A stretch of 8,457 bases of DNA from Azolla caroliniana. Lineage: Eukaryota; Plantae; Polypodiophyta. The DNA is taken from the NCBI GenBank assembly GCA_043228905.1, contig JBHGNT010001439.1, positions 1 through 8,457 of the forward strand, in the 5' to 3' direction. A model generated the notes under the pieces. The model was not told the origin of the DNA. It saw only the letters and a list, made by a program, of their open reading frames with translations, and searched no databases. Shown piece after piece: positions 1-7,688 of the stretch. The stretch's first letter is position 1; the number at the start of each line of letters is the position of its first letter. The translations under genes and the position numbers were made by a program.

Positions 1-1
1 A

Positions 2-855
2 GACAATACTACGCATCCGATTCGGCACATCAGCAATGTTCTGTTTGGAGAAGAAGGTAAGCAAACTTACATTAAAAATGTCTTGCATGTACTAACTATC
101 ACGAAGAATTTGGTCTCCGTCGGCCAAATTGTAGAGCAAGGAATGCAAGTTCGATTTAATCAAGGCGGTTGCTTCATCGAGAAAGAGGGCCGACTCATCA
201 CGCGCAGACGAAGAGAGGGCCGAACGTTCATTCTTGACTCGCACGAGATAAAATCGGCCATGTTCGCAAAAGGCACGAAAGTCGAGTCTGACATAGAGTT
301 ATGGCACAAGCGGATTGGCCATATCAACCTTCAAAAGCTCAAGGTGATGCAATTGAAAGGACTCGTCATAGGACTCCTGACCTTCAAAGAGAGAGAGATT
401 AAAGGCATATGTGTGGCTTGCCAATTCGGCAACCAACATCGGCATCCATTTCCGAAGGAGAGGAATGTAAGCAAAGGCGTACTCGACGTAATTTATTCCG
501 ATATATGGGGACCAGCTCAAACGGCGACATTTGGCAGATGCGGATACTACGTGACCTTTATCGACAACTTCTCAAGCCACACTTGGATCTACCCGATGCA
601 GCAAAAGAGTGAAGTGTTCAAACACTTCAAAAAATTCAAGAGCGGAGTCGAAAAAGCTACAAGTCGACACGTATGGTGCCTTCGATCGGATGGAGGCAAG
701 GATTATTTTTCGGATGAGTTTACGGCGTATCTACGGAAAGAAGGAATTCGGCGAGAGTTTTCGTGTCGACATACGCCACAACAAAACGGAGTGGCCGAAC
801 GAAAGAATTGGCACATCCTCGAAGTAGCACGGGCCATGATGAACGAAAAGCACGT
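2..855 (+). pseudogene. Ty1/copia retrotransposon pol fragment (post-protease region, GAG-pre-integrase/HHCC zinc finger, integrase core), truncated by an insertion at 855/856
   Basis: Frame is open from base 2 (DNTTHPIRHISNVLF...KNVLHVLTITKNLVSVGQ). Copia hallmarks are LWHKRIGH...CVACQFG, VIYSDIWGP, YYVTFIDNFS, LRSDGGKDY and TPQQNGVAERKN (D,D,E). Similarity stops abruptly after ARAMMNEKH, where TGTCG begins; the rest of the 83..970 ORF is read-through into unrelated DNA. Confidence 0.95.
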
Positions 856-1291
856 TGTCGCATTACTATGCGCGTGTGTGGAGAAACGAGGCGGGACCAC
901 CGGGGTCTTGAACCAAAGAGCAGGTGATAGAAGGGGAAAGAGAAAGAGAGAGACGCTCGGTTACGTATGAGCAAAGAAACACAGGGACACGGCCCTGTCA
1001 ACGCAGAAGACACGAGTGGACACAGAGACAGAGAGACACGAATGTTTGTATATTAATGAACGACAAATAAACAACAGAGCACGCGAGTGGTTCCAACCGA
1101 ACAGGCCGGCGAACAAATGTCGATGCCTGCTCGTCCGCGCACGAAAGGGGATAGGATGGAGGTGCTGCCGGAAGCACACGGGCGTTCCTCGAAGCAGCGC
1201 GAGCCTCCTGAAAACCTGCAGAGAAGGGCGACGGAGAACAAACAGAGGAGAAGCGTCTGGTTTCGGTCCGACAGCACTTCGTCCTCTTCTC

Positions 1292-1304
1292 AAAAAAAAA
1301 AAAA
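1292..1304 (+). repeat. A13 homopolymer
   Basis: 13 consecutive A bases within the outer LTR. Confidence 0.95.
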
Positions 1305-1317
1305 TCCCTGTCTCCCC

Positions 1318-1321
1318 GCGT
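1318..1321. repeat. Target-site duplication GCGT (left copy)
   Basis: GCGT lies immediately before TGTCGT at 1322 and is identical to 8397-8400. A 5-bp reading (CGCGT vs GCGTC) does not match. Confidence 0.9.
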
Positions 1322-2025
1322 TGTCGTGCCCTTCGGCTCCGGATCGTTGCGTGAGTCGGGTGGGAACCGCCGAGGTTTTGGACTAGGAGGAAGAGGAATA
1401 CAACTTAAGGCTAGTTATGAATAATAGGAAGAGAAGTAAGATAGTAACCTCGTGAATCCCACGAGTTTAGTGTAATTAAAACAATATTTAGATTATTAGA
1501 GCAATTAGATGGCAAAATTCGTGAATCCCACGAATCTATTAGATTGATCAATTCTTCTATATTAATCAACAACCATATACATATTTTTCTCCTCCTTATA
1601 TAAAGATGGAAGAGGCTAAGCATGGCTTCATGCTTTTTCACCTAAAGTGCCCATGCACACTAAATGTGCATGTGATGTTTTGTCATTTCCTAAATATAGG
1701 GCTCGTGCACGCTAGATGTGCATGAGTCACTTTTAATGTCACGTGTAAATAAAATATTCACACTCTAAAGAATACATGATTTTTACCTTTTAATAAAGGT
1801 ATGTGTAAATAAAGGTTTTATATGTATTAAATCTATATTTATAACACTAAAGATAAGTTATTACAATGGTAAAGTTGGGGTTTATCTACGTGGAGGTGCA
1901 TGGTTCAAATCTTGCCCTATGCACGTGATAAATTCTTTTGATATATTATTTATTTATTTATATGTATCTAAATTCGGATATATTATTTTATGGTTTTCAC
2001 GTAGTGTGTGGAATACACTACGACA
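1322..2025 (-). repeat. 3' LTR of the gypsy element (704 bp)
   Basis: Direct repeat of 7693-8396 (offset 6371, no indels, 9 substitutions). Termini TGTCGT...ACGACA form a 6-bp inverted repeat, and the PPT is adjacent. Confidence 0.98.
1852..1939 (+). other. tRNA-like Pol III promoter module in U3 of the 3' LTR
   Basis: A-box-like sequence at 1859-1871, B box GGTTCAAATC at 1902-1911 and TTTT at 1936-1939. Confidence 0.5.
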
Positions 2026-5000
2026 CTCGCCCCCTCCGAACCCGCACATCCTCCGGTATGTGCCAAAGTTTTCGATTCCCCATATCCGTCTTCACCCAAA
2101 GCTTCCTCCGATTCTCCCCTTATGTCGACTATGAGTTGTAATTCACGTTCTTCACTTCCCGCATCCCCGTGGTCTTCGTCTGATTGCTCCTCGTAGTCGG
2201 CCTTGGCTTGGATCACATAGGGTTTGTCGTCGGTCCGCTTCTTGAAAATCTTCACCCGCTTCCCGGCTATAGGCACTCGTAGTATTGTTCCATCCAACTC
2301 GGACAGTCGGTACGTTCCGTTGTCGAAGACTTTCCGAACCTCGTATGGCCCGAACCACCTTTTCGCGAATTTCCGCATCGTTGTATGTTGATGGTCCAAA
2401 CTACTGTCATAGACGATCACCCAGTCTCCTTCTTCAATCCTCCTCAGTCGTAGTCGGTGCTTTGTGTCGAACCGGCTTTTGTTCCTTAATCGTGCTTCTT
2501 GTTGTCGGCGTATTGCTTCCGCTATGTCTGCCAGTCTTCCCTCTAGTTGTCGTATCCGGACCGCTAGTAGTTCTTCCCGGCTCATCTCTTCCTTCCACGG
2601 TAGCACTGTCCATGTCGCGATCGCGGTTTCCGTCGGCATTACCGGTGCTTGTCCGGTCATGAGTTCTGCCGGCATGTAACCGGTTATGGAGCTATGCGTC
2701 GTCCGATCCGCCCATAGTGCATACGGAAGCATCTGCGGCCAGTCCTTCGCCTTTCCATCGCATGCCTTCGTAAGTGCTTTTACGATCGGACTATGTCCTC
2801 GTTCGATTTTCCCGTTGGCCTCCGGATTGTATGCCGTTGTCAACGATAACCGAACTCCGTGTTTGGCGAAGAATCCCCTAGCTTTGTCCGAGTCGAGTTC
2901 TCCCCGGTCTGCAATCACTTGTCCTACGCACCCGTACCTGCAAAATACTTCCTCCAAAAGAAATTGGCATACTGCGGAACACGTTTTCCTCTGAAGCGCT
3001 CGACCTTCTACTTGATTCGTGAGATCTTCCCGAGCTAATACCAAGTATTTCTTTTGTCCGATCCCGGTCGGCATGGCCACTATGTCGACCATCCACTTGA
3101 AGTTGATTGTCGGTGAGAATGTCGGATGTAACTCATCTCGATGTCGAACCCCGGAGTAGACTTGACATTTCTCGCAGCTTTCGGTAAACTCCACGATATC
3201 TTTGTACATTTTCTTCCACCAATATTTTTGCTTGATCTTCACAAATGTTGCCCATGTTCCTCGGTGTCCAGCCCAATCGGATTCGTGAAACTCAGACATT
3301 ATCCGGTCTCGTTGCTCTTTTGTCCCGACTACTCGAAGTGGTATACCATCCGGTCTTTTCGGCGCCCTCCATATTAATCCGTTTTCCAAGAAGAACTTTT
3401 GGACTTGCCTCTTCTTCCTTCGGATCTCGGCTCTTCTTCCTTTATCGTTTGTCGAGTCCTCGGCCTCTTGTAACATCTTTCCGATCATCAAACTTTCTCC
3501 CTCATATTCTTCTTCCCGAAATTCTCGGATTACGTTCACTCGGCATATGTGCTCCGACGCGAAGTAGTCTTCGGAAACTTCTTCATTATCCGATTCGGTT
3601 ATGTCATCTCCGAACCGAGCCCTTGATAACATATTCGCTACCGCGTTTTCCTTCCCCGAGATGTGTCGAACCTCAGGATTAAGCGACTTGACATATGCAA
3701 CCCACCTTAGCATAGCTACATCTGGTATCGTACAACACCGCATCATCCCGAGTATCGGAAGACAATCCGTCTCGATCACCACTTCGGCTCCGATCAAATA
3801 ATCCCGATCCGATTTTATCGCCGACACGACTCCCCACAGTTCTCTTTTGACTTGTGCATATCCACGTTGCCTTTCGTTGAGAACCTTTGCTCCGAATCGG
3901 ATCGGATACCGCGAACCATCCGAGTCGGCTTGATTGATGACCCACCCGATACCGGTTGGACTTGTATCAACCGTTACTATGATCGGTCGGTCGTAGCTCG
4001 GCTTCTTAAGTGCTTCCGCCCTCCGAAGTGTCTTCTTCAATTTCTTCATGGCTTTGGTGTGTTCCGGTTTCCATTCGAATTTCTTACCTTTCCGCAACAA
4101 GTGGTAGAGCGGGTCCGCTATATGTGCATAGTGCGGAATCCATATGTGATAGAATGCACATGCACCGAGAAACCTTCGGACTTCGGATGTTGACTCGCAT
4201 ACTTCCTCCATAGCTTGAATCGCATCGATCTTTGTTGGTGACGGTCTTCGGCCGTAGGGCCCACATAGATGTCCGACCACCAATATTTCTTCTTGCCCGA
4301 ATGCCGATTTCTCCCCGGAAAGTGTTAGGTGCACATCTTCTAGCTTTCGCAACACTTTCTCGCAAGCATGAATATGGTCGACCACGAACTTTTGGCATCC
4401 CCGATCATCCATAGTCTCATCTTTTTCTTCGACCGCGCATCCTTTCATCGGAATGTCATCGAGGAACGGCATCGTTATCTCCGGAATGCAGTCTCGAAGC
4501 ACCTTGTTCATCGCGTTCATCATATGAGCAACCGAGTTTGTCGCTCCTTGTGGTAGTGTGCACATTCGAACTAATCCTATCGGTGTTCGCATGGTTGTGA
4601 TGTCTCGGCTCTCCACGGCTAGTTGGAATTGGTCATATCCCGAGTATAGGTCTCCGATGGAGTATATCGCACGACCGGCAAAAGCTTCCGCAAATTCGTC
4701 CACTATCGGACCGACTCCCGAGTTCCGGATCGTGACCTTATTCACCGGTTGCAAGTCTTGGATAAATCGGAGTGACCCATTCTTCTTCGGAACCGTAAAC
4801 CATCGATTTGAGTACGGAGCAGTTGATGGCTCTAGAATCCCCATCGCCACCTTCTCCTTGAGCAAGTCAATGACTTTCGGAATATGCGCTCGTGGCACCG
4901 GAATCGGCTTCAGATTCCACGGTACATGGTCAATCGTAAAGATCACCATCGGCTCCACTATTCTCGGATCGACGCACCCTATCTCCCTTGATGTAAATGC

Positions 5001-5564
5001 AAACGCTTTGCCGTGTTGCTCCAACATCTCGCGAAACCGTTCTTCTTCTTTCTGTAATAGGAACCCACCTCCACCGATCCGAAGTTTCTTCCGGGTCTCA
5101 TCCGTGAAGGCATGTCCGATATCCACGGACTTCCGAAGTGTCGGATCACCTGAGACTTCTTTCCTCTTTTGTTCGCTATCGGCGGGTAGTGGTCCCGCGG
5201 CCGGTTTCACCTTCTTCTCCACGGTCTTGTATTTCGTACTTACCATTGCTTCTTCTTTACGGAGCGCATCCGGCTCCATTTTCGCAATGATCTCGTACAT
5301 CTCGACCGATTCCACCGGGACTACCCGGTTCCCTTGGCTTTTATCTTCCGTAAGCTCTTCAAGTCGTTGTAGCGTGCTCCCATAGAACACTTCCTCGACT
5401 ATCCCCACGATTTCTTCATCTTCTTTTATTATTGATGCCGACCGCAACTTATCCTCCACTTGTCGGTATCCTTTCTTCAATCCTCCGGTGTCGTGTACGT
5501 AGATGCCCCATCCGGACCGATTCGTACATGTTTTGCTCCGAGAGTTTTCTTCCTGTGTGGGGTA
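1983..5564 (-). CDS. pol: ORF2: Pol (reverse transcriptase, RNase H, integrase); frame open from 5564, true start probably via frameshift
   Basis: RT: PKKNGSLRFIQDLQPVN, DLYSGYDQ, LPQGATNS, FLDD (4466-4455). RNase H: VDTS, KRELWG, ETDC, NAVANMLSR. Integrase: H-x6-H...CEKC (3287-3165), VDIV/ADRGE/KIERGH, WFGPY (GPY at 2351-2343), then an acidic tail. Confidence 0.95.
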   Translation of the reverse strand, partial: YPTQEENSRSKTCTNRSGWGIYVHDTGGLKKGYRQVEDKLRSASIIKEDEEIVGIVEEVFYGSTLQRLEELTEDKSQGNRVVPVESVEMYEIIAKMEPDALRKEEAMVSTKYKTVEKKVKPAAGPLPADSEQKRKEVSGDPTLRKSVDIGHAFTDETRKKLRIGGGGFLLQKEEERFREMLEQHGKAFAFTSREIGCVDPRIVEPMVIFTIDHVPWNLKPIPVPRAHIPKVIDLLKEKVAMGILEPSTAPYSNRWFTVPKKNGSLRFIQDLQPVNKVTIRNSGVGPIVDEFAEAFAGRAIYSIGDLYSGYDQFQLAVESRDITTMRTPIGLVRMCTLPQGATNSVAHMMNAMNKVLRDCIPEITMPFLDDIPMKGCAVEEKDETMDDRGCQKFVVDHIHACEKVLRKLEDVHLTLSGEKSAFGQEEILVVGHLCGPYGRRPSPTKIDAIQAMEEVCESTSEVRRFLGACAFYHIWIPHYAHIADPLYHLLRKGKKFEWKPEHTKAMKKLKKTLRRAEALKKPSYDRPIIVTVDTSPTGIGWVINQADSDGSRYPIRFGAKVLNERQRGYAQVKRELWGVVSAIKSDRDYLIGAEVVIETDCLPILGMMRCCTIPDVAMLRWVAYVKSLNPEVRHISGKENAVANMLSRARFGDDITESDNEEVSEDYFASEHICRVNVIREFREEEYEGESLMIGKMLQEAEDSTNDKGRRAEIRRKKRQVQKFFLENGLIWRAPKRPDGIPLRVVGTKEQRDRIMSEFHESDWAGHRGTWATFVKIKQKYWWKKMYKDIVEFTESCEKCQVYSGVRHRDELHPTFSPTINFKWMVDIVAMPTGIGQKKYLVLAREDLTNQVEGRALQRKTCSAVCQFLLEEVFCRYGCVGQVIADRGELDSDKARGFFAKHGVRLSLTTAYNPEANGKIERGHSPIVKALTKACDGKAKDWPQMLPYALWADRTTHSSITGYMPAELMTGQAPVMPTETAIATWTVLPWKEEMSREELLAVRIRQLEGRLADIAEAIRRQQEARLRNKSRFDTKHRLRLRRIEEGDWVIVYDSSLDHQHTTMRKFAKRWFGPYEVRKVFDNGTYRLSELDGTILRVPIAGKRVKIFKKRTDDKPYVIQAKADYEEQSDEDHGDAGSEERELQLIVDIRGESEEALGEDGYGESKTLAHTGGCAGSEGASVVVYSTHYVKTIK
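2026..2037 (-). other. Polypurine tract
   Basis: Minus strand GGAGGGGGCGAG directly abuts the TGTCGT start of the 3' LTR. Confidence 0.88.
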
Positions 5565-5620
5565 TCAGGGCTTCTCGGACTATCACTTCCCCACTCCGCA
5601 ACAGTCCGCTTTAAAAATCC
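5557..5620 (-). promoter_or_regulatory. Candidate -1 programmed ribosomal frameshift signal (slippery G GAU UUU plus pseudoknot)
   Basis: Heptamer at 5620-5614 is in the ORF1 frame just before TAA, followed by a 5-nt spacer. Stem CGGACUGUUGC (5608-5598) pairs with GUGAUAGUCCG (5586-5576), and loop GUGGGG (5594-5589) is complementary to CCCCAC (5562-5557). Confidence 0.75.
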
Positions 5621-7653
5621 ATTCTCACTTGGGACAAGAGTTCCCTCTTGTTCCTTTCGTGATTTGCCGGCACCGTTAGGAATTGGACGGATTTCCCACC
5701 GTTTTGGCTCCGAATGCGCGCAAAAGCCGCACCGCTATCGAGCACCTTCGTCTCCATCCGTGATGCCGTGATAAAGGGTTGGCCGAGGATGACGGAATGT
5801 GAAACCTCATCTTGCACGAAGAAATTTTGGTCGATCTCGACATCCCCGATCTTCACCGTCACATCCGGACAAGCCGCAAATAGATCTTCCGTTGCTTTGG
5901 TGGCCGCCCGAATCTTCCATCCATGGTTGGTGTTAATAGGCCACTTCCCCTTCCGGTAGAACTCCTTGGACATCAAGTTGATCTCCGATCCGTGATCAAT
6001 CAATGCTAGCACGGGTTCTTTGATGTTGCCGATTCAGACCGGAGTCTCCGTAGTCGCGCGTGCCCAATGTGGCCTTGTATAGTGGGAGTTCGGAATTTCG
6101 TCCTCCACTTCGGTGTCGTTCATTAAAACGGTGTTCGCATTCACCCTTGGAGCATTTTCCTCCGTACTTTGTCTTTTTCGCTTCACGAGATCCACGAGAA
6201 GATCGTGGAACTCCTTCTTTGCTATTCCGAGTAGCTCCCGAAGCGAGAAATCTACCCGGCTATCCAAGATTCTTTCCTCGAACACTCTTTTCAAGTCGGT
6301 TTGTTGTTCTATGTCTGAGGCGAGCTTGAATGCCGGAGTCGCCTTTTCTTTTCCCTTACCTCCGGAGTTCCAACTTTCCGGTATCTTCGATGGCCCGGCC
6401 GCATCCTCCGTGCGTCGTCGTTTCTCGTCCACATACACCTTATGCAATTGACACAGGGCGTATACGCTATTCTTGTCGACAGGGCACTCCCATCCCTTAG
6501 CTTCCCGGACGCCTTCCGCGGTGCTTCGGATCTCGTTGGAGTCGGTTTTCTCGGTGTTTTCTAGAACTTCCGGCCAAAAAGACGTCTTTGCTCTCGATGA
6601 CTCCCCGACACATATTCCCGCGGTTGTCGCATAGTTGCTTCTTGCCGCCAATTCCTCCTCGAGCACCTTCTTCATGCCGCCTTTCCGGAAGTTCGGTCGG
6701 AGTGGCTTCCGAGAGTCCATCGAATGAATCTGGTTTCCCTCGTAGTAGATGAGATCCCGCCGTAGCGCCTCCTTATGCTGGTCGCAATCCCTCCGATCGT
6801 GTTCGGCGCTATCGCACCATATGCACCATCGGTCCGTATACTTGGAGCTTGTGGGGCGGTCATCCGACTTCTTCACCATCGCGATCTTCAGATTCTCCAT
6901 CTCCTTCAATAGTTGCTCCACCGTAGATGCATCAATCCCCTTCTCGGTTGTAGTCTCTCGAGCCCTCAGTTGATGGTCTTCCAATCCGGTTCTCGGTTTC
7001 GGAATCGGTTCCGAAACCCTCTTTTCCTCGTCGGCAAGCCATTGCCCCCTCTTCGTGTATCGCGCGACGATATCCCGCACGCTTTCCCATGTTTCGGTGA
7101 GGCCGCTCTCCGTGGTCGTGTCCTCCAAGAGCACTCCGAGATCTTTCCGGTCCCGGACGTCCACGGCTCGCAAGAACATGATCACCTTGTCCGGTACGAG
7201 GATAGCTTGATCTCTCACGGACAACCTCCCGAACCGGCTTTCGAATGCCGAAAACACATCAACGACCTTCAATCCCTTGTCCGGCGTCTCCACCCAATCT
7301 TCGAATCCCCTTCGCGTCGCCTTGGAGGAATCCTCGATGGCGAACGTCCTCTTTAGCTCTACTTCAAACGCCTCCCATGTCGGATTTTGCTGTCGTAGCC
7401 CATGGATGCTTGCTTGAAGCCCGTCGGTCGCCACCCGGTTGAAGGACGTCACTTGCAGTCCTTCCGATATTCCGCATCATAGCATCTCCGCCTTGTAGTC
7501 CCGAAGATACCGCGACACATCTTTCCCGTTGAATTGCCCGTTTCGTTGCACGAGCCGCTCCACTGATGCCGCTATCTCCGACATCGCGCGTTGTTCTTGT
7601 AGCATGCGCTCGAACATCATCATCATGTTGCTAGCCTCCGGTTGATTTTCCAT
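5611..7653 (-). pseudogene. gag: ORF1: Gag (CCHC zinc knuckle) fused in frame to aspartic protease; two premature TGA codons
   Basis: ATG at 7653 (MENQPEASNMMMMFERML...FNGKDVSRYL) is in the same frame as ORFs 6034..7452 and 5611..6012. It is interrupted by TGA at 7479-7477 and 6036-6034. The zinc knuckle CIWCDSAEHDRRDC is at 6825-6784; protease motifs are LIDHGSEINL (5997-5989 = DHG) and VILGQPF. The frame ends MDF-TAA at 5611. Confidence 0.92.
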
Positions 7654-7670
7654 CTCCTTGCCACCCGGTC

Positions 7671-7688
7671 TTCACGTCGGGTTCACCA
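7671..7688 (-). other. Primer-binding site complementary to the 3' end of tRNA-Trp
   Basis: Minus strand TGGTGAACCCGACGTGAA begins 4 nt after the 5' LTR. The plus strand TTCACGTCGGGTTCACCA matches the 3' 18 nt (including CCA) of plant cytosolic tRNA-Trp as I recall that sequence. Confidence 0.9.

Larger units (their letters stand above)
856..1321 (-). mobile_element. Probable LTR (R/U5 part) of a second LTR retrotransposon inserted in the copia integrase; left portion
   Basis: Starts TGTCG exactly where copia coding similarity ends, with the same first 5 bases as the inner element's LTR. It is non-coding. The minus strand shows an AATATA-type signal (about 1049-1054) followed by a GT/CT-rich tract and ends ...GCGACA. 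Its other end is outside the window. Confidence 0.65.

Noticed and set aside
856-970. C-terminal extension of the 295-aa copia ORF (VVALLCAC...LGYV)
   Set aside because: Chance read-through into the inserted LTR; not integrase sequence.
1292-1304. A13 as the poly(A) tail of a LINE/SINE or retrocopy
   Set aside because: No flanking TSD or matching element body is seen; it fits better as a T-run near the outer LTR's start site.
961-1386. Several overlapping 74-112 aa ORFs
   Set aside because: No domain motifs, biased R/C/L/S composition, and some cross the insertion junction at 1321/1322.
1449-1535. Palindromic repeats with a spacer resembling a CRISPR array
   Set aside because: Only two 15-bp units inside a eukaryotic LTR and no cas genes; reported as LTR hairpins instead.
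1411-1641. 76-aa ORF duplicated at 7782-8012
   Set aside because: Identical only because it lies in the LTRs. It spans the TATA box and has AT-rich low-complexity composition.
1852-1925. Functional tRNA gene
   Set aside because: Acceptor and anticodon stems do not pair; only the A/B boxes and a T-arm-like stem remain.
4558-5385. 275-aa plus-strand ORF antisense to RT
   Set aside because: It is a codon-aligned shadow of pol with no recognisable motif, and is expected from pol codon bias.
7654-7659. AAGGAG Shine-Dalgarno-like sequence before the gag ATG
   Set aside because: It directly abuts the ATG with no spacer and the context is eukaryotic; coincidental purine-rich leader.
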